64,000 nt of DNA from a virus. Taxonomy: Duplodnaviria > Caudoviricetes. Position numbers and translations under genes: made by a program. The DNA is taken from IMG/VR virus record IMGVR_UViG_3300031992_000080, positions 1-64,000 of that record; one strand, 5' to 3'. Below the pieces are notes generated by a model, which had not been told where the DNA came from, ran no database searches, and saw nothing but the letters and a program-made list of their open reading frames with translations. Positions 17,084 through 25,401 of the stretch are shown one piece after another (the first letter of the stretch is position 1; the number at the start of each line of letters is the position of its first letter).

Positions 17084-17383
17084 TTATGACGGCGATCCGT
17101 GGAGCGGGTCTGGGCCGCTGATCTTCCGCTTGAATCCATCCCATGCTCTTTTGGCAAGCTCAGGCATGGCTTGTTGCAGGTCGGTGAAACGGACTGTGAT
17201 CGTCGGCCTACCTCCTTTGAAGTAGAGATAGACCGTCGCATCTTGCGGCCTCACCCAACAGCTCTCCGACACCTCCGGCCAACCAATCTCGTCCGGCTCT
17301 ATGTCAACTTCCGTCCCTGGTTCGTCATGCGAGAAAAGCCCAAGTTGCCCGTGCCATGTGCGGATGATTGATTTGATTTTCAT
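17084..17383 (-). CDS. Hypothetical protein
   Basis: Start MKIKSII after GGAGG. Confidence 0.65.
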   Translation of the reverse strand: MKIKSIIRTWHGQLGLFSHDEPGTEVDIEPDEIGWPEVSESCWVRPQDATVYLYFKGGRPTITVRFTDLQQAMPELAKRAWDGFKRKISGPDPLHGSPS

Positions 17384-17385
17384 GG

Positions 17386-17697
17386 TTAGTCCTCCTTGTT
17401 GTTGTTGTTGTTGTTCGTATTGAAGTTGTTGTTCGTCTGGAATTGGACATGACAATCGGCCAGTCTTTTCGTGAATAATCTCATTCGTTCTTCCGTTTCT
17501 CGTTCTCCGCACATGGAACGGACGATCATTCTGTTTCTCGGTTCTGCCGCATCCTCTCTCTGAATGGGAGCGAAATCCGCTTCCCATAGGTCTGCCGCAG
17601 AAGTCCCGACGAACATTTCGTCAAAGATTTCTCCGGCCTGTCTGAACGCAGGATCGTCACGGAAATCAAACGTCATTGTGGTTGTTGTCTTGCTCAT
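17386..17697 (-). CDS. Hypothetical protein with poly-Asn tail
   Basis: ORF; the AAC repeats also precede the next RBS. Confidence 0.6.
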   Translation of the reverse strand: MSKTTTTMTFDFRDDPAFRQAGEIFDEMFVGTSAADLWEADFAPIQREDAAEPRNRMIVRSMCGERETEERMRLFTKRLADCHVQFQTNNNFNTNNNNNNKED

Positions 17698-17954
17698 TTG
17701 CGAGTCTCCTTGTTGTGCTTCTTGTTCATGACGGCGTTCGTCTGGTCGGGCTGAAACTTGGCGAGGCAGATCGCGCGCGTCGGGATGCAGAACCGCGCGC
17801 AGTTTGAGTCCGTCCCGTGGATCATGTCGGGGCGGATTTCTGCGAGGTCTTCCGCCCGCCGCACGGCAACGGAAAATCCGTTCGCGAGGTAGATGGAGAG
17901 CTGATTTCCTTCGGGCCAGTTGGCGAGGAAGGTCTGGATGTGTTTCGGGTTCAT
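17694..17954 (-). CDS. Hypothetical protein
   Basis: AAGGAAA RBS; ATGA coupling. Confidence 0.65.
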   Translation of the reverse strand: MNPKHIQTFLANWPEGNQLSIYLANGFSVAVRRAEDLAEIRPDMIHGTDSNCARFCIPTRAICLAKFQPDQTNAVMNKKHNKETRK

Positions 17955-18022
17955 GGTTGTGGTTTCCTTTGTTGAGTGCGCCCCGCCGTCATGGCGGGGG
18001 CTTGCTTGTTGTCGGTTGCGGC

Positions 18023-18565
18023 CTAGCGGATCGGGCGTCCGTAGCAGTCCTTTCCGTCTTGCGCGGCATTCCGCGCCTTCTCAATGTCCGCGAGGTCGTC
18101 AAGCCCCCACGGGAAGGCTTCGTATGCGGCGCGCGAGACTGGGAAAAGCTCGCAGAGCTTATCTGCGGCGCAATGATAGAGGGTGCTCACGATCGCTTTC
18201 GCTTCCGTCTTTTCGTAATCGTCCGTCTCGCAAGACTGGTAGTTGTAGCATCCAAGAGCCTTGAGCAAGAAGCCGATGCCAGTAAGCCCGTTGAAGTCGG
18301 GCGCGCCATCGTTGACTTCCGCGAGGGAACCGGGCTTGATTCTGTCGCACCGGGTGTCATAGTGATACTCCGGCGCGGATTTGTTCTCGTTGTAGCGGAA
18401 ATTCACGGAGCGGTAGTTTTCGTTCCACAGAATCTGCCCGATCTGGTCTGGGTCTTCTTCGGCGCAGACGAGTTCGCCGTTGTTGTTGATTGCCCGGATT
18501 CCAAAGTGCTTCGCCGCAGAAACGAGGAAGTCAATGTGGGCTTTGCTTACGATCCATGCGCTCAT
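18023..18565 (-). CDS. Conserved mobile-element hypothetical protein
   Basis: MSAWIVS..HID.L...LW.EN..SVN.RY.E...L....Y.YQSCE pattern. Confidence 0.75.
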   Translation of the reverse strand: MSAWIVSKAHIDFLVSAAKHFGIRAINNNGELVCAEEDPDQIGQILWNENYRSVNFRYNENKSAPEYHYDTRCDRIKPGSLAEVNDGAPDFNGLTGIGFLLKALGCYNYQSCETDDYEKTEAKAIVSTLYHCAADKLCELFPVSRAAYEAFPWGLDDLADIEKARNAAQDGKDCYGRPIR

Positions 18566-18610
18566 GGTTTGTGTTCCTTTCTTTGTTGTTGGTTGTTGGT
18601 TGGGTGGTGG

Positions 18611-18853
18611 TTAGTGCTTCGGTGCGTAGAGCTTGCAGAGTTCGTTGAATTCCTCCGGCGTGAGCGGTTCGTCCGGCGCGTCCGTGTCGGTGTAGGTCAC
18701 GCCGCACTCAAGGTTCTTGAACGCGTCAACGGCGCGATCCCGCTCCTCTCCGTCCGTCCCAGCGATCCACTCCATGAGGAAAGCGCGGTATTCGCGCTTG
18801 GTCTTGAAGAGATGTTCTTGCCCGTGGGCTTTGATTCCTATTTTCTTTTTCAT
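18611..18853 (-). CDS. Hypothetical protein
   Basis: 80-aa ORF. Confidence 0.65.
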   Translation of the reverse strand: MKKKIGIKAHGQEHLFKTKREYRAFLMEWIAGTDGEERDRAVDAFKNLECGVTYTDTDAPDEPLTPEEFNELCKLYAPKH

Positions 18854-18859
18854 GTGTCC

Positions 18860-19072
18860 TTATGCGTGAAAGAGATCATCCATCGCTTCGCGGATCACCG
18901 CGTTCACCGCTTCAGAGATTGCGAGAGCGGCGCGAAATCCACCCTCGTTCATGCCGCTCAACTCGTCACCGATCATGTTGTTCATGGTTGTGATCGCACG
19001 ATCCAGTCCCTGCCAGTAGGCTTTTCTGGCGGTCTGGTCTTGTCTGATTTTTGCCTTCATTTCCGTTGTCAT
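18860..19072 (-). CDS. Hypothetical protein
   Basis: AAGGAG RBS. Confidence 0.65.
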   Translation of the reverse strand: MTTEMKAKIRQDQTARKAYWQGLDRAITTMNNMIGDELSGMNEGGFRAALAISEAVNAVIREAMDDLFHA

Positions 19073-19105
19073 GGTTTGTTCTCCTTGTTGTCTTTGTTGC
19101 GCGCC

Positions 19106-19525
19106 TTATTCGGCGGCTCGCTTGCCGAGTTCAAATCCGGCGGCTTCCCCGCGCGCGTCTTTCCACCGCCCGACAACCTCCGCGAGTTCGTCCTTGTTGG
19201 TGACGAGTTCGCCCCAGAAGTAGACGCGGCTTGCGCTTGCGTTCGCTTCAATGTTGAGCGCGTCAAAGTAGGCTACGCGGTCGGGACTGTCCAGATTGTA
19301 TGGGTCAAGCCCCGCTTCCTCTGCGACCTTGTAGGCGGCATTGAGCGCGAGATCGTTAAAGAGCGCGTTGCCGACGGCATCGTAAGGCGGCGGGAATTCC
19401 TCTAGTTTCTCCGCGACGAGATCGGGCGTAATGTCCCCGCCCCATGCGCGCGCCCATTCATCAAGCGCGGCGGTGTCCTCACGCCCCAAGCCGAGGGCGA
19501 GACTGATTGCGGTTTTCGTGTCCAT
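19106..19525 (-). CDS. Acidic hypothetical protein
   Basis: AAGGAG RBS; D/E-rich. Confidence 0.7.
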   Translation of the reverse strand: MDTKTAISLALGLGREDTAALDEWARAWGGDITPDLVAEKLEEFPPPYDAVGNALFNDLALNAAYKVAEEAGLDPYNLDSPDRVAYFDALNIEANASASRVYFWGELVTNKDELAEVVGRWKDARGEAAGFELGKRAAE

Positions 19526-19580
19526 TGTTCTTCTCCTTGTTGTTCTGCCGCGCGGGATGTTGGCGGCGTTTGTTGTTGTT

Positions 19581-19643
19581 GACTTCCCGCGACACGCCCC
19601 TGCGTGTTTCGGCGCGTAGTCGGCGCGCCATCATCGGGCGGGA
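19581..19643 (-). ncRNA. Hammerhead ribozyme, type I topology, variant core
   Basis: 5'-UCCCGC CCGAUGA U GGCGCG CCGACUA CGCGCC GAA ACACGC AGGG GCGUGU C GCGGGA AGUC; three 6-bp helices, GUC site at 19591/19590, loop II GACU complementary to 3' AGUC. Confidence 0.8.
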
Positions 19644-19658
19644 GGGGCGTATCGTGTG

Positions 19659-21176
19659 CTAGGCGGCAAGGCTCCTTTCCAGTTGCTTGCGGTGTTTGCG
19701 GAACAGTTCGGCAAGTCTCTGCGCAACTTCGCGCGCGTCTGCGGGCGGCGTTGTGTTCTTTCGGGCGTAGCATTGCTTCACCTTCCATCCGTCCCCGATC
19801 TCAATGTCCACTCGCCCTTCGTCCTTGCCAGCAAGGGCGAGACACACGCAGTTTTGCGCGGCCATGTTCGCGGAGTAGGATCCGCCGCCAATGCAGTTGC
19901 CCATGTTGTTTCCTTCGCGCAAGAATTCATCCTGCGAGGTGAGCCAGACGATCTGCCAGTCTCCGAGATTGAGCTTATTTTCGTTCTTCTGGACAAGCGC
20001 GCGAAGCTTCTCCACGAATTCCGCGATCAGCGCGTCCCGCTCCGCTTGCGTCCGCGCGTAGATTGCGCGTTGCTTTTCAAGCTCCTTCTCCCTGCGCGCG
20101 TTCGCACGCGCCCATTCGCGCTCCCGCCGCCGCATTTCGCGCATCTGCTTCTTGTGGCGAATGCGTTCCGCTTTCTTGCGCGCTTCGTAGAACGCGGCGA
20201 AGTCGGTCGGGTAGGCGGTGCAACGGGCGCGCAGGTCAAGCCCTTCAAGCTTCGCGTTCGTCATGGCTTCGCAATAGCGCCCCGCGTCAATGCCGTGCTT
20301 CACGCAGTAGGCGTAGGCGGCGCGGATCGGGATTTCGGTCGGGCGAGACTGCCGGACGGCGGAGAAGAACACGCGCGGCGCGTTCCTTGCGCGTTCGCGC
20401 TCCTCCACATCCGCAAGGGTGCGCTTCCCGCTCCGGCTCATCCACACTAGATCGTTCCAGTTGTAGCGCGTGGCGAGTCCGGGATTCTGGATCAGCAGTT
20501 TCATCAGCACCTTGTTGCGGGCGAGTTCCGCACATTTCTTCGGGTTGCGGACGGGAGAAAAGCGGTAGGCGTTGAAGAGTCCGGCCTTGACAAGAAGCTC
20601 GGTCTTCGGGTCTTTGGCGTAGGCGTAGAGGATTTCCGCCAGTTGCTTTGCGTAGTTCGGGCAGTAGTTAGGCCAATGCTCCGTTGCGAGGAGCGCGGGA
20701 TCATCTGCCGCAAGCGGCTTCCACCCGCAGTAGCGGTAGCGGGAGCGGGCGAGGAGGTCTGCGCGGGCGAGGCAGTCGGACGGCAAGGCCATCGTCACGC
20801 CGTTCCAATCAAACCAGTTGTCCTCATCATCTTCGCGCCACGCCTGGTGGCAATAGTAGCCGGAGCAAGTCTGGTAGATGTTGTGCTTCGTGTTGTAGGC
20901 AACATTCCAGTCCACACACCAACCCGCAATCCCCTTCCAGTTGAGATCGTGGATGTAGATTCTGCCCTTCGCCGGGTTGAATTCGGCAATGGGCTTGACC
21001 TCCTTCTCTCCCCTGCGGCTTGCGACCGTGACGAGTTCCAGTCCGTCACGCCCCACCTTGCGGAAAAGGGTTGTGAAGATCGTTGTCCTGCTTTTGTCGG
21101 GAATCTTGACTTTCTCCCGATATTCGCGCGCCGCTTTCGTGACGGCGCGCAGTTCGGTCTTGTTGAGTTTCTTCAT
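19659..21176 (-). CDS. pcfJ: PcfJ-like protein
   Basis: C-terminal WLTSQDEFLREGNNMGNCIGG.Y...IEI...W.V.Q...R.N; paired with PcfK. Confidence 0.85.
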   Translation of the reverse strand: MKKLNKTELRAVTKAAREYREKVKIPDKSRTTIFTTLFRKVGRDGLELVTVASRRGEKEVKPIAEFNPAKGRIYIHDLNWKGIAGWCVDWNVAYNTKHNIYQTCSGYYCHQAWREDDEDNWFDWNGVTMALPSDCLARADLLARSRYRYCGWKPLAADDPALLATEHWPNYCPNYAKQLAEILYAYAKDPKTELLVKAGLFNAYRFSPVRNPKKCAELARNKVLMKLLIQNPGLATRYNWNDLVWMSRSGKRTLADVEERERARNAPRVFFSAVRQSRPTEIPIRAAYAYCVKHGIDAGRYCEAMTNAKLEGLDLRARCTAYPTDFAAFYEARKKAERIRHKKQMREMRRREREWARANARREKELEKQRAIYARTQAERDALIAEFVEKLRALVQKNENKLNLGDWQIVWLTSQDEFLREGNNMGNCIGGGSYSANMAAQNCVCLALAGKDEGRVDIEIGDGWKVKQCYARKNTTPPADAREVAQRLAELFRKHRKQLERSLAA

Positions 21177-21186
21177 GTCGCACCTC

Positions 21187-22188
21187 CTAGAAATCAAAGA
21201 GGGTCATCTGCGGGTCGGGCTTCTTCGGCGCGGGCTTCGGGATCACGGGCGGTTTGTAGTTGCCGGACGGCGGTGTGTAGGGCTTGGGCTTCGGCGTCGG
21301 CTTCCACTCGCAGTTGAGAGAGTCCTCCTCAAAGTAGTGCATGAGTTCGCAGAAAACATCCTCGTCCTCCGCGAAGTATCCGCGCGCGCCCTTCTCGGCT
21401 TTTTTCTGCGCCCATTCGTAGAGGTGATTCGCCGCGCCTTGCAGTGTTTTCTTTCCCTCTATCTTCGCGCGGAGTTCTGGGCTTGCGTTCTTGTCAAAGT
21501 AGGCTTTCAGCCGCTCTTCCATGTGGTTCGTGGCTTTCCACTCCCACTTCGGCGGCTTCTCCTCCTCCGGCTTGTCGGCGGGCTTCTCGTCCGTCTTGTC
21601 CTCGCCGTCCTTGTTGTCCTCCGGCTCGGCGGGATCGGGCGGCGTGTTCTCGCCGTCCGGCTTCTCGGCGGTCTTCTCTTCGCCGCCGAAAACGGACGGG
21701 AGGTTTCTCTGCAACGCCGTGTCAAGAGAGATGTCTCCCCGCTCGTCATTGGTCAGCGGACGGATTGCGACTTCGCCGGAGTCAAGGATCGTCACTTTGT
21801 CCTCGCCGTCCGTGCAGTAGTCCCGCTCGTTCTCGTCATCGTAGACTCGCCATCCGTGCGACTCCGCGACCTCCATCCAGTTGCTCGGCGTGTCCCCGCT
21901 CTCGTTGAGCCAGTCCGCAAAATCCTGCAAGGTCTTGATCTCCGGCGCGGTCTTGTTGTCGGTCTGCGGCGCGTTCTGCGCTTCGGGCGCGGGCGCGGTA
22001 TGCTCCGGCTCGGCGGCGGGTTTGGCGGGCGCGGGTTCGTCCGGCTTCTCGTCCGGCTTCGGCGCGTCCGTGGTCTGCGGCGCGGGCTTCATCTGCGCCA
22101 TCATCTGCGAGACTGCGGCGAGTTTCGCCGCCATCTCTTGTTTCATGCGCTCAAGCTCCGCAAGCGCGTTCTGTGCTTCTTCGTTCAT
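21187..22188 (-). CDS. pcfK: PcfK-like (AcrIIA9 family) protein with long N-terminal extension
   Basis: KKTLQGA..HLYEWAQKKA.KG.....DEDVF..LMHYFEED...QMTLFDF. Confidence 0.8.
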   Translation of the reverse strand: MNEEAQNALAELERMKQEMAAKLAAVSQMMAQMKPAPQTTDAPKPDEKPDEPAPAKPAAEPEHTAPAPEAQNAPQTDNKTAPEIKTLQDFADWLNESGDTPSNWMEVAESHGWRVYDDENERDYCTDGEDKVTILDSGEVAIRPLTNDERGDISLDTALQRNLPSVFGGEEKTAEKPDGENTPPDPAEPEDNKDGEDKTDEKPADKPEEEKPPKWEWKATNHMEERLKAYFDKNASPELRAKIEGKKTLQGAANHLYEWAQKKAEKGARGYFAEDEDVFCELMHYFEEDSLNCEWKPTPKPKPYTPPSGNYKPPVIPKPAPKKPDPQMTLFDF

Positions 22189-22221
22189 GGGGTTTTGCCC
22201 TTGTTGTTGTTCTTGTTGTGT

Positions 22222-22307
22222 GGCTTGCCATCATCGGCGCGCGGGTTGCCGTCCCTGCGCGGACACGCGCCCCGCCGGAAAGGACGGCGGCGGGGGCGTG
22301 TTTCGGC
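22222..22307 (-). ncRNA. Hammerhead ribozyme, type II topology, same variant core
   Basis: 5'-GCC GAA ACACGC[CCCCGCCG..CGGCGGGG]C GCGUGU C CGCGC A GGG ACGGCAA CCC GCGCG CCGAUGA U GGC; GUC site at 22262/22261; helix II only 3 bp. Confidence 0.65.
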
Positions 22308-22311
22308 TTGT

Positions 22312-23148
22312 CTACTTCGCCGCCCCGCCCTCCTTCTTCTCGCCGTTGTTGCGGATCGCGTCTTGGATCGTCTGCGGCGCGCCCTTCGGCGTGTGCGCGC
22401 CGGAAATGATCTGGAAGATGCCGTCGCGCTCCTCGGTGCGCGTCTCCTCCATCTCCATCAACTCCCCGCCGTTGGCTGTGAGCTTCGCCGCGTCCTCGTC
22501 CCCCATCGTCATGCACTCAACGATGGCGGCGAGACTGGCGCGCGTCCATTGCTCTGCGATTACGCCGACGAGCGCAAGGTCGGGAATGCTCGTTGTCTCG
22601 CCATCCGCGTTGTGTCCGGCGAACACCGCCGCGCCCGCAATCAGCCGTTCGCGTCCGGCGTTGAGGAAAAGCGCAGTTCCGGCGGGGTTGACTCCAGAAA
22701 CATCCCAGAATGCGTCCGCAATCCACATATCGCAACCGCGCCCGATGTCAACGCGATCAATCATCGCGCCGATATGTCCGCGCAAGTGTTCGTAGGTCTG
22801 CCCGCGCGAGACTGCCCACAACTCCAAGCGCGTCTCCGCGTCTCCGTCCTTGTTCTCCGTGAACGGAAACGCGGTGAGGAGCAGGGCTTTCTCGTTGTCT
22901 TCCGTCCGCAGGGGATGCCCCTGCGCGAAAGTCCATGCGATTGCGGTCTTGAAAAAGTCCTTGCCGACAAGCCGCGCTTGGATTGCGCGGCAACGCGGAT
23001 CGTGCGCGTCCGGGTTTTGAAGAATTTCGGAGGTGTAGATTTCGCGCCGGAGCAAGCGCGGCGCGTTGTTGTTGTTGTTTTTCATGGCGTTTTGCCTTTC
23101 GGGGTTGGGGTTTCGTGAAAATGGTGGGATTGCGGTATTGCGGCACAT
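22312..23148 (-). CDS. DUF3846-like protein
   Basis: HLRGHIGAMIDRVDI....DMWI......VNPAGT.L......IAG.AVF.GHNADGETTSIPD. Confidence 0.6.
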   Translation of the reverse strand: MCRNTAIPPFSRNPNPERQNAMKNNNNNAPRLLRREIYTSEILQNPDAHDPRCRAIQARLVGKDFFKTAIAWTFAQGHPLRTEDNEKALLLTAFPFTENKDGDAETRLELWAVSRGQTYEHLRGHIGAMIDRVDIGRGCDMWIADAFWDVSGVNPAGTALFLNAGRERLIAGAAVFAGHNADGETTSIPDLALVGVIAEQWTRASLAAIVECMTMGDEDAAKLTANGGELMEMEETRTEERDGIFQIISGAHTPKGAPQTIQDAIRNNGEKKEGGAAK

Positions 23149-23168
23149 GGCTTGCAGGCTCCTTGTTG

Positions 23169-23249
23169 CTAGTTGTTGATCCCTGCGGCGGCGGCGTGTA
23201 GAATCACGGCGGCGGCGGTGTAGATTGCGGCGAGAATCGCGGCTTTCAT
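23169..23249 (-). CDS. 26-aa hydrophobic peptide
   Basis: Manual translation MKAAILAAIYTAAAVILHAAAAGINN; fills an intergenic gap; A/C-rich leader. Confidence 0.4.
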   Translation of the reverse strand: MKAAILAAIYTAAAVILHAAAAGINN

Positions 23250-23273
23250 TGTGTTGTTCGTGTTGGTTTCCGG

Positions 23274-24053
23274 TTAGTCCGCATAGTCCTCTGTGTAGGT
23301 CTGCGCGGGGTTGTAGATGTTCGTGCGGTCGGCGTAGTGGCTCGGCTTGGTGCGGAAATATCCGCTTTCGTCCGGGCGGCGCGTGATCGGCTTCGCGCCC
23401 GCTTTGATTCGGTATCCGAACGGGCTAGACGGATCGGGAATCGGGCGGACGCGCGCTTGCATGAATCCGCATTCTTCGCCCGTCTTTTCTAGCTCAATCA
23501 GAGAAAGGCTCTTGCCCGTATCCTTCAAAACGCCGTAGAAGTCATAAAAAGTCATGGAATAATGGAAGTGCGAAACAATCACTTTGCCCGCAAGGCTCTT
23601 CGCCTTGTTGCCGTCCGTCTCCGGCGGCTCTGGCGGCGTGTTCTTCGGCTCGGTGGCGCGCTCGTCCTTGTTGCGTTCTGGCGCGGGATCGTGCGGCGGC
23701 GTGTTCTCCGGCTTCCCTTCGCGTGCGTCCGGCGTGTCTGTAAATAAGTCCATTTGCCCGGCGCGCGGAAAAATCTCGGTCTGCCAAGTGCAAGGCGCGA
23801 ATCCCGCGCGCGTCTGGCGCGCGAGACTGCCGCTTGCGATTGCGGCGCGCAAGTAGTCAGCTTGTGCGTCCGTGAATTCCGGCGCGCGGTGCGTCTGCGC
23901 GTGCTTATCTGGCATGGGGTTGCCGAAAAGATCAACGGCGGCGGCGGGCGTGGTGTGCGCGCTCGTCGGCGTTGTCGCAATGGCGGCTTGGATTGCGGCG
24001 GGGTTCAAGGCGGCGGCTATTGCGGCGGCAATGGCGGCTTGCGTGGTCTGCAT
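23274..24053 (-). CDS. Hypothetical protein (Ala-rich N-terminus, SH3-like-looking C-terminal domain)
   Basis: GKVIVSHFHYSMTFYDFYGVLKDTGKSL.L.EL. Confidence 0.7.
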   Translation of the reverse strand: MQTTQAAIAAAIAAALNPAAIQAAIATTPTSAHTTPAAAVDLFGNPMPDKHAQTHRAPEFTDAQADYLRAAIASGSLARQTRAGFAPCTWQTEIFPRAGQMDLFTDTPDAREGKPENTPPHDPAPERNKDERATEPKNTPPEPPETDGNKAKSLAGKVIVSHFHYSMTFYDFYGVLKDTGKSLSLIELEKTGEECGFMQARVRPIPDPSSPFGYRIKAGAKPITRRPDESGYFRTKPSHYADRTNIYNPAQTYTEDYAD

Positions 24054-24073
24054 GGCGGGCGTTCCTTTCCGGG

Positions 24074-24496
24074 CTAGGCGGTGGCTCCGTCCGTGAAGCG
24101 GAGAATGTCGGCGGCGCGCTCGTCAAGTCTCGCGGCGCGGTTCACTTTGTCTGCGGCGTTCTGCGCGTCTGTGCATTCCGCCAAAACGAAAGCACCGGGC
24201 GCGGGGGCGGTGTTGTATCCCGTCCGGTCGCGGTCAATGATGAGATACACGGCGAAACGCGCGCCGGAATCGGGCGCGGTGTGCTCTGGCTCAATGGTGG
24301 CGGTTGTCCGCGTGCCGTCCGTGTGGTAGTCCCGGAATCCGGCAAGGTCGGCGGCGAGTTCGTCCGGCGTGGCGGCGGCGAGTTCGCGCGCGTATTGCGT
24401 GGCAATCTCCTCGCAAAACTGCGCGCGGGCGGCGCGGCGTTTCGTCTCCGGCGAGACTGCGGCGGGCGTGGGCGTGGGCGTGGCGGTGGTGTTCAT
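24074..24496 (-). CDS. Hypothetical protein
   Basis: GAAAGG RBS. Confidence 0.65.
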   Translation of the reverse strand: MNTTATPTPTPAAVSPETKRRAARAQFCEEIATQYARELAAATPDELAADLAGFRDYHTDGTRTTATIEPEHTAPDSGARFAVYLIIDRDRTGYNTAPAPGAFVLAECTDAQNAADKVNRAARLDERAADILRFTDGATA

Positions 24497-24527
24497 GGTT
24501 TTTTGCCTTTCGTGTTGTTCTGGTGGA

Positions 24528-25385
24528 TCAAGCGGCGGTTGCGTGGCGGATGATTCTGGAAATTCCGGATATGATTTCCGCTTGCATTTCGCGCGGGCTT
24601 GCGGTAAATGGAATGTAGATCGTTTGTGCGGGGTCTAGTCCAAGTGCCGCGCAAGCGGCGGTTGCCCCGATTGCATGGCAACGCCCGCTTGCGCTGTCAA
24701 AGTCCGAACCAGTCACGGCGTGAAGGTCTTGCAAGTCCATGTGTCCAATCCTGCGGGTCACTTCGGGGCGGGTTGCATACCATACGGCGGAGAGGTCTAG
24801 CGGTTCGCCGTGGCGTTTGGCGGGATAGTAGCTTGCAACTTCGCGGCAAGGGCGGCGGGTTTCAACGGCGTTCTCAATCCATAGGGCGGTAGAATATCCT
24901 CGGCGCTCAAGCGCCGAAACGGCGGCGGCGGCTGTCGCGCCCCGCTTCTCAAAATCAGTTAGCGGGGCGGTGCATGGGAGACAAGCGGCGAAGATGATAG
25001 TTGCAAGTTTCGCGGGGCGTGGTTGGCGGCGGCGACGCGTAAAAAAGCGCGCGTCTCCGTTTCCCGTCATAAAGTCCAGTAGGCGGGCGGGGTCTAGTGT
25101 CTCTCCGTCCTCGGCGTGTTGCCACTTCGCGCGCGTGTCCGTTCCGGTGATACCGTCTTCAATCTGGGCGGCAATCGTTTCGGCAAGGCGCGGGATTTTC
25201 GCGCTTGGCTCGTCCGTGGCGAGTGCGGGCACGGCGGCGGCAAGGGTATTTCCGTAGAAATTGCCCCTGCGGTTGCCTAGCTCGGCGGCATAGCGGGAAA
25301 TTTGGCTTGTTCCGCGCGCCTTGTCAAGCGCGTTTTGGACGAAATCGGCGGTTGCCGGGAAAATCCGTGTGAATGGTTCGGGCAT
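24528..25385 (-). CDS. vWA-like partner of the AAA+ ATPase
   Basis: G..LD..R.L......FF......TII.AAC......F...G.TA.A.V..LE..GY...LW; directly downstream of the AAA+ gene. Confidence 0.55.
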   Translation of the reverse strand: MPEPFTRIFPATADFVQNALDKARGTSQISRYAAELGNRRGNFYGNTLAAAVPALATDEPSAKIPRLAETIAAQIEDGITGTDTRAKWQHAEDGETLDPARLLDFMTGNGDARFFTRRRRQPRPAKLATIIFAACLPCTAPLTDFEKRGATAAAAVSALERRGYSTALWIENAVETRRPCREVASYYPAKRHGEPLDLSAVWYATRPEVTRRIGHMDLQDLHAVTGSDFDSASGRCHAIGATAACAALGLDPAQTIYIPFTASPREMQAEIISGISRIIRHATAA

Positions 25386-25401
25386 GGCGTTTTCTCCTAT
25401 C

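Noticed and set aside
21638-23707. GGCGGCGTGTTCT repeated at 21638, 23632 and 23695
   Set aside because: All copies are in-frame NTPP linker codons in Pro-rich segments; there is no regular spacing, so this is not a CRISPR array or operator.
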